A DNA stretch of 64,000 nt from an uncultured Alphaproteobacteria bacterium. GTDB taxonomy: Bacteria; Pseudomonadota; Alphaproteobacteria; RF32; CAG-239. Under the pieces are notes generated by a model. It did not search any database. It was given only the letters and a program-made list of their open reading frames with translations, and was not told the origin of the DNA. Each line of letters opens with the position of its first letter. Position 1 is the stretch's first letter. Positions 29,741 through 38,767 of the stretch are shown here, piece by piece. The stretch is taken from the NCBI GenBank assembly GCA_944392185.1, contig CALXVW010000051.1, positions 610 through 64,609 on the forward strand, in the 5' to 3' direction. A program made the translations under genes and the position numbers.

Positions 29741-29768
29741 GGACCCCGCCTCTAAGGCGGGGTTTTTG
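29741..29768 (+). terminator. Rho-independent terminator after pilin gene
   Basis: ccccgcc tctaa ggcgggg stem-loop followed by ttttt. Confidence 0.7.
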
Positions 29769-29853
29769 TTCTATATCCTCTTGCAGATTTGCACTTTATT
29801 AATATATACTTGATAAAATACTGAGAGATTGGTTTTTATATAAGAGGTTTTCC

Positions 29854-30819
29854 ATGACAACCATTACCGAAACAACTTTTTCTGATATATATATCACTCC
29901 TAAAAAAGAAGCTTTTATTCCTAACAAACAAACCATTAATGCCTTAACGCGCTTTAATCCTAATGATTTTGATAAATTTTATCATCTGCTGGAAACTTCT
30001 TGGGATGGGAAAAACCCAAGCTATTCCGTTATATACGACGGAATTTATTACCGCGTTGAGAGAACTGTTGCTTTGGATGGTATTCAATATTGCGCAAGAA
30101 GAATGCCCGCAAAAGTTCCGGACTTTACCTCTTTAGGGTATCCTAAGCAATTAGAAAAATATCTTTTGGCATTAAAACATGCTTCAGGCTTGATTCTTTG
30201 GAGCGGACCAACCGGATCGGGAAAAACAACCTCTATTTCAAGCCTGCTTAAAGACTATCTTTCTACAGAGGGCGGATTTGCTTATACTATTGAAGATCCT
30301 AATGAGCAACCTTTAGACGGTATCTATACTACGCCAAATGGCGGTTTGGGGCTTTGCAAACAAACCCAACCTGTGGGAGGAAATTGGGGCGATTCCTTAA
30401 AATCTGCTTTACGTTCAAAACCTCGTTATATTATGGTCGGGGAGATCAGAACTCCCGATACAGCTAGCGAGGTTTTACGTGCAGCAACTTCCGGCCACCT
30501 TGTACTTTCTACTATTCACGCCAACAATGTGACCGATGCCATAACATCTACAGTCAAATATGCCGCAGCCGGGGGGATGAGCGAGGATTTGGCTTATGAT
30601 CTTTTTTCTCGCGGAATGCTTGCTGTTTTGCACCAAACGTTGGTCGGAACATCTGTTAAAAGAGCTTCTGTATCATTCCTTTTTGCCAACCCTGATACAA
30701 CAAAAGGAGACCAAGTACGCGGCATTATTAAAGGTGGAAAATTAAACTTAGGAACATCTATTGAGACTCAGATGACACGTATGGCCAGAGGGCTGCCCAT
30801 ATTTGTAGATATTTCCTAA
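29854..30819 (+). CDS. PilT-like secretion/retraction ATPase (PilT/VirB11 superfamily, no GspE N-domain)
   Basis: 321 aa. Walker A GPTGSGKTT, Asp box IEDPNE, Walker B MVGEIRTPD, His box HLVLSTIHANN. Core motif order matches PilT/PilU. Confidence 0.65.
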   Translation: MTTITETTFSDIYITPKKEAFIPNKQTINALTRFNPNDFDKFYHLLETSWDGKNPSYSVIYDGIYYRVERTVALDGIQYCARRMPAKVPDFTSLGYPKQLEKYLLALKHASGLILWSGPTGSGKTTSISSLLKDYLSTEGGFAYTIEDPNEQPLDGIYTTPNGGLGLCKQTQPVGGNWGDSLKSALRSKPRYIMVGEIRTPDTASEVLRAATSGHLVLSTIHANNVTDAITSTVKYAAAGGMSEDLAYDLFSRGMLAVLHQTLVGTSVKRASVSFLFANPDTTKGDQVRGIIKGGKLNLGTSIETQMTRMARGLPIFVDIS

Positions 30820-31244
30820 TCCCATGGGAAAACGACCCATTGATTGGGTAAACCTTGGGCAAAGATCTCGCAGGTCCCTTGCCCGTTGGGTTTTGCATAT
30901 ATACAAACTCTTATGGCTTTGGGATATTGCTGATGCAGCAAATCTAATGTTCGTCCGCTGTCTGAAAGATCATCAACAATTAATGTTCTTTCATCTACGT
31001 CTGTTAGCAATCCTTTTATTTCTATAGCTTCATCCTGCCTTTTTATCTCGCCGTCGTAGCTTGACATATTTATAACATCGCAATTTCTTATGCCAAGTTC
31101 ATATGCCAATATTCCTGCCGGTATTAAACCTCCGCGGCTAACAGCTACTATCCTATTGAATTTTCCTGCTGCTTTTATCTTGGCTGCCAATATTTTGACT
31201 TGGCTATGAAATTCTTCCCAACTTATATAAATTTTAGCCGACAT
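30816..31244 (-). CDS. gpt: Xanthine-guanine phosphoribosyltransferase
   Basis: 142 aa, near-collinear with enterobacterial Gpt (IVAVSRGGLIPAGILAYELGIR, LIVDDLSDSGRT, WVVFPWD). Confidence 0.85.
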   Translation of the reverse strand: MSAKIYISWEEFHSQVKILAAKIKAAGKFNRIVAVSRGGLIPAGILAYELGIRNCDVINMSSYDGEIKRQDEAIEIKGLLTDVDERTLIVDDLSDSGRTLDLLHQQYPKAIRVCIYAKPNGQGTCEIFAQGLPNQWVVFPWD

Positions 31245-31249
31245 TTCTT

Positions 31250-31774
31250 TTATCCGTGCTCCGCTTTTAGCTTATATATATATTCAATAACATCATCATC
31301 TTCCCAATCTACCGTGCCGCTTATACGGCCTATCTCTTCTCCGGCTTTGTTTACCAAAACCGTATGCGGGGAGGAAAATATTCCGAAATCTCCGGCTAAT
31401 TTACCATTTTTATCGGTATAGTATTTTATATCCGTAGCTTTATATTTCTTTAACAGTTCTTCTTGTTCTTCGGGTATGGTCCATTCATCATCTTTGGAAA
31501 CCAGCAAAACCTCTATCCCTGTATCTTTCGTTTTGTTAACAAAGGTATTTATCTCATCCAATTCTTTAATACATGGTGCACAATAGCGCGACCAAAACAT
31601 CACAAGCAAAAACTGTCCTTTTAATTCCCCCAACTTAATCGCTTTTCCTTCCGCCGTATAAATCGGGGTTTGTGGGGCTTCTCTCGGATAGGCAAAAATA
31701 TTTAAACCGCTTTTAGCGGCGGCAAACCCACTCCACAAAAGCAATAAGCCAAGTATCAATATCTTTTTTATCAT
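31250..31774 (-). CDS. TlpA/ResA-like periplasmic thiol-disulfide oxidoreductase (thioredoxin fold)
   Basis: Signal peptide. WSRYCAPCIKE CxxC motif in thioredoxin-like context. Confidence 0.65.
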   Translation of the reverse strand: MIKKILILGLLLLWSGFAAAKSGLNIFAYPREAPQTPIYTAEGKAIKLGELKGQFLLVMFWSRYCAPCIKELDEINTFVNKTKDTGIEVLLVSKDDEWTIPEEQEELLKKYKATDIKYYTDKNGKLAGDFGIFSSPHTVLVNKAGEEIGRISGTVDWEDDDVIEYIYKLKAEHG

Positions 31775-31859
31775 CTATTTCTCTGTATAACTTAATTTTT
31801 ACTTAACTCTTATTCGCTATATATCTATACTATAATAGATAACTGGTAAAGGAATGGTT

Positions 31860-31982
31860 ATGAAAAAGTTTTTATGTTTTTTGATGCTCTTTTGCTTGAT
31901 TACCCTTTGTTCCTGCGGAAAAATGGCCTCCCCTGAACCGGTCCCGGGCAGTGGATATCCTCACACGTATCCCAAAGAATAA
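31860..31982 (+). CDS. 40-aa lipoprotein, first gene of vWA-PP2C-kinase operon
   Basis: MKKFLCFLMLFCLITLCSCGKMASPEPVPGSGYPHTYPKE with lipobox LCSC. AAAGGA RBS upstream. Below the 60-aa ORF-track cutoff. Ends 15 bp before the vWA gene. Confidence 0.4.
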   Translation: MKKFLCFLMLFCLITLCSCGKMASPEPVPGSGYPHTYPKE

Positions 31983-31996
31983 AAGGAGCTTAAACC

Positions 31997-32680
31997 ATGG
32001 TTGAAAATAATATTGAAAATGAGCTTATTCCTTATGTCGAATTTGCTGATAATGCCAATGAGAGAACTCCTTGTGTTTTGGTATTGGATTGCTCCGGATC
32101 CATGCGCGGAGAACCTATCAAACAACTCAACGCAGGCCTTAAAGCTTTGGAAAAAGAGCCCAAAGACGATATTGATGCCAGCTCTCGCGTCCAACTCTTA
32201 ATCATCAAAGCTTTTGGCAAAGATGAAGCCGTTATATCTTCTGATTGGATTGATGCCATGAATTTTGCGGCTCCGACTATGGAAGCCGGAGGTCTCACCC
32301 CGCTTGGAAAGGCTATGGAATTGGCCTTAAAAAAAATTGAAGAGCAAAAATGTCTCTATGATAGCTGCGGAATTACATCTAAACGCCCATGGATATTCCT
32401 TATCAGTGATGGTGAACCAACTGATTATGATTGGGAAATCATTGCTAAAAAGTGCCGTATAGCTCAAGAAAATAAAAAAGTGGTTATTCATGCCGTGGGA
32501 ACTCAAGGTGCTAACTTGGAAAAATTGGCTAAATTTTCTACCATTTCACCAAAGCGTTTGACCGGATTGAAATTCACTGAGTTTTTCTTGTGGCTCAGCC
32601 GCAGCGTTTCCTGTATTTCCAGAGCTGCTCCTAATGCTCCTGATTTGCTTGAAGATACCGGGGAATGGGATGAAGAATAA
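31997..32680 (+). CDS. TerY-like von Willebrand factor A domain protein
   Basis: VLVLDCSGSMRG MIDAS motif (DxSxS). Size about 227 aa. First member of the vWA-PP2C-kinase triad. Confidence 0.7.
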   Translation: MVENNIENELIPYVEFADNANERTPCVLVLDCSGSMRGEPIKQLNAGLKALEKEPKDDIDASSRVQLLIIKAFGKDEAVISSDWIDAMNFAAPTMEAGGLTPLGKAMELALKKIEEQKCLYDSCGITSKRPWIFLISDGEPTDYDWEIIAKKCRIAQENKKVVIHAVGTQGANLEKLAKFSTISPKRLTGLKFTEFFLWLSRSVSCISRAAPNAPDLLEDTGEWDEE

Positions 32681-33413
32681 AAAACGCCCCAAAATTGTGG
32701 CAACAAGCGTTGCCGGGGCTTTACATAATCATCGAAAAATGCCTTGCCAAGATTGTTTTAAGCATACAATCGGCAAAAATTTGGTGGCGGTTGTTTCTGA
32801 CGGGGCCGGCTCTGCAAAATTAGGGAAAATCGGCGCTAAGATTATCTGTTCTACTATGTGTGATTTGCTCAAAAATGCCAATTTTGCCAAAGCTCCAGAA
32901 ATTATTCGGCAGGCTATTCGTCTTTCAAGAGAAAAATTGATGATTCATCGCCTGAATCCTTCAAAATCCGAAGAGGGAATCGCCGATTTTGCCGCAACCT
33001 TGGTTGGCGTTATCTGCCGAGGAAACAAAGGCATTTTCTTTCATATCGGCGACGGCGCTGCTATTGCCGTGCGCAGCGGATATGATGATTTTATTGCTTC
33101 TCGTCCGGAAAACGGAAATTTTGCCTGTGAAACTTTTTTCTATACTCAACAAGCTTGGCTTGAAAACTTGAGATTTACTTTTTTTGAAGATGCGTCTCGG
33201 CTCTTTTTGATGAGCGACGGTGTTGCTAATTTTTCTTTTACTCCGGATTTTAAGGAAATTGAGCAAGGATTTGTAGCGCCTATTGACCGTTTTTTGGCTG
33301 ATGCTCAAAATAAATCTAAAGCCGTAAAAGCTTTAGCCAACACTCTTAACACCCCTAAAGCTCAACGTATCAATTCTGATGATAAAACCTTGGTTTGGAT
33401 AAAGGTAGATTAA
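32670..33413 (+). CDS. PP2C-family Ser/Thr protein phosphatase
   Basis: Motifs VVSDGAGS, FHIGDGAA, LMSDGV (PP2C/SpoIIE metal-binding aspartates). The ATG at 32670 overlaps the vWA stop. Confidence 0.65.
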   Translation: MKNKKRPKIVATSVAGALHNHRKMPCQDCFKHTIGKNLVAVVSDGAGSAKLGKIGAKIICSTMCDLLKNANFAKAPEIIRQAIRLSREKLMIHRLNPSKSEEGIADFAATLVGVICRGNKGIFFHIGDGAAIAVRSGYDDFIASRPENGNFACETFFYTQQAWLENLRFTFFEDASRLFLMSDGVANFSFTPDFKEIEQGFVAPIDRFLADAQNKSKAVKALANTLNTPKAQRINSDDKTLVWIKVD

Positions 33414-33415
33414 AA

Positions 33416-34867
33416 ATGACTGAATCTTTGACTTTTAATGCCGTATATGCCGACCACTCTTTTGGTAAAATAACTCTGGATGAAATGATAAACCGCGGCG
33501 GAGCTTCGGGCAAAATTTATAGTGTCAAAGACAGACCTGAGTTGGTCGCCAAAATCTTCCACAATACTGCTAAAAGTAAAACCAACCGCAAAAAACTTGA
33601 GGCCATGCTCTTAAACAAACCGCATTTTCCGCCTGTGGAGGTTGATGGTGTCTCGTACACCCAAATTGCCTGGCCGGAAGCTCTGCTCGAAGATGAACAG
33701 GGATTTTGTGTCGGATATATGATGCCTCTTATCAACATGAATGAGGCTGTGTCCTTAGATCATTTAATGCAGAAAGCTACCAGAAAAAAACTTGGCTTGT
33801 CTGAAAAGTATGCCTACCGCATTTTTGCCGCCTACAATGTTGCTTCTATGGTTACTTCTCTTCATAAATGCGGACACTACATCGTAGATCTCAAACCTTC
33901 CAATGTCTCCGTTTATAAATCCAACATGCTGGTGGCAATGGTGGATTGTGACGGGTTTTCCATTAAAGGAGAAAAAGGACGTTATCCGGCTGAATTTGTC
34001 AGTGAAGAATATATTTACCCTGAAGGGATGAACCTTTCTTGCCAAGAAATGGGGGAAGAACAAGATAAATTTGCTTTGGCTGTTATTATCTTTAGACTGC
34101 TTAATAACGGGATCCACCCCTTCTCCGGCTCGCCGCGCAAAAATGACGCCGAAATGCTCACCATCCAAAACCGTATTGAGCAATATCACTATGCCTACGG
34201 ACTTTGGCCGGATAAATATCAGGCCCCTCACCCTTATAGTCTGCACGAATATTTTGATAAAGATACTCTGGAAATGTTTGAACGCGCTTTTACCAAGGGC
34301 GGGAATCGGCCAAGCGCTTATGAATGGCAAGAGCATTTGTGGAAATTGATGCACCATTTGCGCCAATGCAAAGACAACCCCAACCATGTTTATTTTACCT
34401 CTAAAGGTTGCGGCCTCTGCATTATGGAAGACAAATTTTATCATGATATGCATGATATAAAAAAGCAAAAGCAAACGCCTGAAAAAATTCGCGGGATCAA
34501 TGTTGATGACCTTTCATTAGAAAAAATCAGTAAAGAAAAGGCTCTAAAGCTTGCTTTTGAAACCAAAATGCAAAAAATTTCCTTTGGTGTTATCGGGGGT
34601 TATTTGTTATTTTTTGGTTTCCTCTATAAATTATTGCTTTTGACGCAAAGTTTTTGGTTGGATATTGGGGTTGGAGCTCAAGCTATCTCAGCTACTTTTC
34701 TTATGCTTGGCGTTCATCATCTTATACACAAATATCAAGATATTTTTCCGCCGCTCAAAAATAAGGGCGTAACCGATATGTTGCAGGTATATGCTTTGAT
34801 TTGCATTATTATTGCTTTGGTATCTGTTAATGAACTTCCGAAGAATCTGCTTGAATTAGCGCCTTAA
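33416..34867 (+). CDS. Ser/Thr protein kinase with C-terminal multi-helix membrane domain
   Basis: Catalytic-loop-like HYIVDLKPSNVSV, DFG-equivalent VDCDGF. C-terminal about 120 aa with 3-4 hydrophobic helices. Overlaps the PP2C gene end. Confidence 0.6.
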   Translation: MTESLTFNAVYADHSFGKITLDEMINRGGASGKIYSVKDRPELVAKIFHNTAKSKTNRKKLEAMLLNKPHFPPVEVDGVSYTQIAWPEALLEDEQGFCVGYMMPLINMNEAVSLDHLMQKATRKKLGLSEKYAYRIFAAYNVASMVTSLHKCGHYIVDLKPSNVSVYKSNMLVAMVDCDGFSIKGEKGRYPAEFVSEEYIYPEGMNLSCQEMGEEQDKFALAVIIFRLLNNGIHPFSGSPRKNDAEMLTIQNRIEQYHYAYGLWPDKYQAPHPYSLHEYFDKDTLEMFERAFTKGGNRPSAYEWQEHLWKLMHHLRQCKDNPNHVYFTSKGCGLCIMEDKFYHDMHDIKKQKQTPEKIRGINVDDLSLEKISKEKALKLAFETKMQKISFGVIGGYLLFFGFLYKLLLLTQSFWLDIGVGAQAISATFLMLGVHHLIHKYQDIFPPLKNKGVTDMLQVYALICIIIALVSVNELPKNLLELAP

Positions 34868-34915
34868 TCTTGCTATACAACTATTGAGTATCATATTCTA
34901 ACAGAGGATAAAAAA

Positions 34916-36304
34916 GTGAAAAGTCTTAATCCGATTATCATTTCAGGAAAAGAAGTTTTGCCATTGATTGAAGGCGGTAAGGGTATTAATGCCAGTGATG
35001 GGCGTTCTTCAGGGGCGTGGGCCCACGAAAACTGCGTCGGAACTTTTTCAGGTGTCAGCCCTGACTACTATGATGAAAAAGGGAATGTTATTTTTGAGCG
35101 TTATTTCAAAAAAGATCGTCCTTCTCGTCACCAAGAAATGGTTGAACAATCCATTAGAGGATGTTTGGCTCAGGCCGAAATTGCTCATGAGGTCTCCGGC
35201 GGAAAGGGGCGTATCCATCTCAATATGCTCTGGGAATTGGCCGGTTCTCAGCAAATCTTGAACGGGGTTCTGGAAAAAGCCAAAGGCCTCATCCACGGAG
35301 TAACCTGCGGTGCCGGACTGCCTTATAACTTGGGGGAATTGGCATCAAAATTCGGGGTATATTATTACCCGATTATTTCTTCTGCCAGAGCTTTTCATGT
35401 TTTGTGGAAACGCGCTTACAACAGATTTGTTGAATATTTGGGCGGTGTTGTTTATGAGGATCCATGGTTGGCCGGCGGACACAACGGATTGTCTAATGCC
35501 GAGGATCCTAACCAACCGCAGACGCCTTATATGCGCATTGTGGAACTCCGCAAACTCATGAATAGTTTGGGGCTGGAAGAAAAACCCATTATCTTGGCCG
35601 GGGGCATTTGGTCCTTGGACGATTGGCAGGATTATATTGATAACCCAGACATTGGTAAGATTGCTTTCCAATTTGGTACCAGGCCGATGATTACCAAAGA
35701 AAGCCCTATCAGCGACGCATGGAAAAAGTTGATGCTGCAGGTGAAAAAGGGTGATGTTATTTTGCAAAAATTCAGCCCTACAGGGTTCTTCTCTTCTGCA
35801 ATTAAAAACACTTTCCTTTCTCGTCTAATGGAGCGCAAACAAGGTGAGGTTTCTTTCTCTCATGAGGCTACAGAGGAGTTTTCTCAGCCGCTTAGTATGA
35901 GCGAAACCAAAACCATCTTTATTCGCCCGCAAGATAGTGAAAAAGCCATGAACCAAATCAAGGCCGGCTTTACGGAAATCAAAGAAACTCCTGACAACAC
36001 CGTTGTCTTTTTGACTCCTGATGAATGGGTGCAGATGAAAGAAGACCGCAAAAACTGCGTTGGTTGCCTATCTCAATGCCAGTTTTCTTCTTGGTCTCAG
36101 GCTCGGGGTTCTACCGGAAGATTGCCGGATCCGCGTTCTTATTGTATTCATAAAACCTTGTATGATGTCAGCCATAACGGCAGCATTGTCGATAATCTGT
36201 TGTTTGCCGGGCATCAGGTTTACCGTTTTGCAACAGATCCTCTGTATCGAAACGGAATTCCGTCTGTTAAGGAGCTTATTGAAAGGATTAAATCCGGAAA
36301 ATAG
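34916..36304 (+). CDS. TIM-barrel FMN-dependent oxidoreductase-like protein (NMO/enoyl-reductase-like), with Cys-rich C-terminal extension
   Basis: GTG start after an AGAGGA RBS. PLIEGGKG and ILAGGIWSLDDW resemble nitronate monooxygenase-family glycine motifs. Weak assignment. Confidence 0.3.
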   Translation: MKSLNPIIISGKEVLPLIEGGKGINASDGRSSGAWAHENCVGTFSGVSPDYYDEKGNVIFERYFKKDRPSRHQEMVEQSIRGCLAQAEIAHEVSGGKGRIHLNMLWELAGSQQILNGVLEKAKGLIHGVTCGAGLPYNLGELASKFGVYYYPIISSARAFHVLWKRAYNRFVEYLGGVVYEDPWLAGGHNGLSNAEDPNQPQTPYMRIVELRKLMNSLGLEEKPIILAGGIWSLDDWQDYIDNPDIGKIAFQFGTRPMITKESPISDAWKKLMLQVKKGDVILQKFSPTGFFSSAIKNTFLSRLMERKQGEVSFSHEATEEFSQPLSMSETKTIFIRPQDSEKAMNQIKAGFTEIKETPDNTVVFLTPDEWVQMKEDRKNCVGCLSQCQFSSWSQARGSTGRLPDPRSYCIHKTLYDVSHNGSIVDNLLFAGHQVYRFATDPLYRNGIPSVKELIERIKSGK

Positions 36305-36322
36305 ACTTTCTTGCTTTAACAA

Positions 36323-36350
36323 AAAACCCGCCATTTGGCGGGCTTTTTAT
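36323..36350. terminator. Bidirectional terminator between convergent genes
   Basis: aaaacccgcc atttg gcgggcttttt hairpin between the + gene ending at 36304 and gpsA ending at 36350. Confidence 0.6.
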
Positions 36351-37321
36351 TATAATTTTTCAAATTCTTGCTTGAGAGTTCTTTCAAACATAGAGCGAAT
36401 GGTGGATTTGATATCCGCACCTTCATAAACCACACGGTACAAGGCCTGGCATATCGGCATGTCTATACCTTCCTTATCGGCAATATTTTTTACCGCTTTT
36501 AAGGTGGGAACGCCTTCGGCAAGTTTGCCAAAATCCTCGCCTCTGGCAAATTTCTCCCCAAAGGTTCTATTGTGGCTATACTTGGAGAATAATGTCGCCT
36601 CATAATCGCCCAAATGTGACAAACCATAGGCTGTTTGCGGATTGCCGCCAAAATGCTTGATAAAGCGCCCGACCTCAACCGGGGCTCTGGCCATTAATGC
36701 TCCTTTTAGGCCGTACCACTCAAGTCCATCCAGGATCCCTGCGGCAATACCGATAACATTTTTTAAGGCTGCCCCGATTTGATTACCGATCAAATCTGCT
36801 CCATAATAAAATCTTATCAAATCACTTGATAATAACTTTATCATCTTATCTTTGGTTTCTTCTTCATCACTGTCTATCACCGCACAGGAAGGAACTTTTT
36901 TCATATAGTCTTGAACATGGCCGGGGCCGCCTAAGGTAGCTATATGGATATTTTGTTTTATCTCTTGGCGCATAACATCCAGCATGGTGGTGGCGCCAGG
37001 TTCTTCCAGGCCTTTCATTGCCAGAAGGAAGGTTTTGCCTTTCAAGTCATAAGCAGACAGCTCTTTGCACAGACCTCTGAAGTACTGACATCCTACCGAG
37101 ACAATAATGATATCGTTCTTTAATACCGCAGCCAAATTATCATACAAATGCATATTATCAGACAAGCTCAGGTAAGCATTTTTGCGTGTGTCTCGCAGTT
37201 CTATAAAATTCGGTGATGTCGGGATATCATACATATCGACATCAAAACCGCAATAGTTGGCTGCATACCAGCCCAAAAAAGTGCCCCAGCGGCCACATCC
37301 GATCAGAGATAGTTTTTTCAT
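36350..37321 (-). CDS. gpsA: Glycerol-3-phosphate dehydrogenase [NAD(P)+]
   Basis: 323 aa. N-terminal IGCGRWGTFLG dinucleotide-binding motif. C-terminal half collinear with GpsA (GLSHLGDYEATLFSKYSHNRTFG, EGVPTLKAV). Confidence 0.8.
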   Translation of the reverse strand: MKKLSLIGCGRWGTFLGWYAANYCGFDVDMYDIPTSPNFIELRDTRKNAYLSLSDNMHLYDNLAAVLKNDIIIVSVGCQYFRGLCKELSAYDLKGKTFLLAMKGLEEPGATTMLDVMRQEIKQNIHIATLGGPGHVQDYMKKVPSCAVIDSDEEETKDKMIKLLSSDLIRFYYGADLIGNQIGAALKNVIGIAAGILDGLEWYGLKGALMARAPVEVGRFIKHFGGNPQTAYGLSHLGDYEATLFSKYSHNRTFGEKFARGEDFGKLAEGVPTLKAVKNIADKEGIDMPICQALYRVVYEGADIKSTIRSMFERTLKQEFEKL

Positions 37322-37426
37322 ATTTAATCCTTTAAAGTATTAGCAATACTTTATCAGTAAAACATAACATCATATTTTGCAACCATGTTGTTGCAAAAGT
37401 GCACGGGATTTTGGCAAAGAGAAGTA

Positions 37427-37786
37427 TTAAAGAACGCCTTTTTTGGCCCTTTGGCGCGTGACAATTGCACCAATGTGGTCAAATTCCTCAAAAGAGTGAT
37501 AGGCATAATCCAAGCTCTTTTTATCGCAATCATAAAATACCTGATTGGCCAAAGACTGAATCGCCGTGTCTATCCTTTTGAAGGCATTGTTGTAATCTGT
37601 ATTGAAGTTGTTTTTGGTTCTCTTTTTGACGATATCATGATAGGCGGCAATAACTTTGGCAGTCTCATCGGCGGCATTGGCGTAACCTTTTTCCTCAAAA
37701 TCACGCATAATCCGGGCCGTGGTTTGATAAAAGCACTTGTTTGTTAAAATACTCTTTTGCTTCTTGTTATTACTATCAATTATCAT
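37427..37786 (-). CDS. Hypothetical protein (119 aa)
   Basis: ORF only; no recognisable motif. Confidence 0.3.
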   Translation of the reverse strand: MIIDSNNKKQKSILTNKCFYQTTARIMRDFEEKGYANAADETAKVIAAYHDIVKKRTKNNFNTDYNNAFKRIDTAIQSLANQVFYDCDKKSLDYAYHSFEEFDHIGAIVTRQRAKKGVL

Positions 37787-37961
37787 TTGCAGACATCCAT
37801 AGTTTATGAAAGTTTATCTAGCACATAACGTGCCTTTTTGCAAGAGTTTTTATACATTCTTAATCATACCCTTTTTGGTTTAAAACTTGGTTAATTAAAT
37901 AGACAAGCCTCCAAAACAGACTTATCATTAGTTATCATTTTGTATGAAAGGAACTTTTATA

Positions 37962-38555
37962 ATGAAAAAATTCTTACCTTTATTTGCTTTGGTTTTTGCC
38001 TTTAGCTCAGAGGCTTTGGCTCTTGAAGAAATTAAACTTCCCGCCCCTGACACAAAAGGCGGAATTCCTTTAATGGAGGCTATCTCTCGCCGGCAAACCG
38101 TCAGAGAATTCAGCCCTAAAGCTATTGATGACCAAACTTTAAGCGAAATTTTGTATGCTGCCTGGGGAATTTCTCATGACGGAAAACGTACGGTTCCTAC
38201 CGGACGTGATATGCAAAATATGCGCCTTTTTGCCGCACGAAAAGACGGTGTATGGGAGTATGATGCTGCTGCAAACTCAATTAAAAAAGTCTCCGATATC
38301 GATGTCACATCTTATTTGGCAAAACAAGATTTTGTTGAGACATCTCCTTTGACTTTAATCTATACCGGAACTGATTCTCAATATTCTCCCATGGCTGCCG
38401 CTTCTGCCTACCAAAATGTCGGCCTCTATTGTGCATCCCGCGGCCTAAATAATGTGGTTCGCGGATATTTTGACCGCCCGATGATTGCAAAAGTCTTAGG
38501 CATGGAAGAAGATGACGTTATCATTACTCAGACCATCGGCTGGCCATATATGTAA
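37962..38555 (+). CDS. Nitroreductase-family protein with N-terminal signal peptide
   Basis: Signal peptide-like MKKFLPLFALVFAFSSEALA, then AISRRQTVREFSPKAIDDQTLSEILYAAWG, typical of the nitroreductase/SagB-like fold. Confidence 0.5.
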   Translation: MKKFLPLFALVFAFSSEALALEEIKLPAPDTKGGIPLMEAISRRQTVREFSPKAIDDQTLSEILYAAWGISHDGKRTVPTGRDMQNMRLFAARKDGVWEYDAAANSIKKVSDIDVTSYLAKQDFVETSPLTLIYTGTDSQYSPMAAASAYQNVGLYCASRGLNNVVRGYFDRPMIAKVLGMEEDDVIITQTIGWPYM

Positions 38556-38639
38556 ATAAAAAACAGCAATCTATCTTTTTTTCAGAAAAAATTTGTTGCA
38601 AAATCTTTTTTCATAGGATAGTTTAAGCTCTGTTTTTGA

Positions 38640-38730
38640 GGATAGGTGGCCGAGTGGTCGAAGGCGCACGATTGGAAATCGTGTGTACCCCTAAAGGGTA
38701 CCGAGGGTTCGAATCCCTCCCTATCCGCCA
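38640..38730 (+). tRNA. tRNA-Ser (anticodon GGA), CCA encoded
   Basis: Manual fold: acceptor GGATAGG/CCTATCC, D-arm, anticodon stem CACGA/TCGTG with loop TTGGAAA, long variable arm GTACCC-CTAAA-GGGTAC, T-arm GAGGG-TTCGAAT-CCCTC, discriminator G, CCA. Confidence 0.9.
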
Positions 38731-38767
38731 TTTATTTAAAAAGACGCTTGAAAAATAGCGTCTTTTT

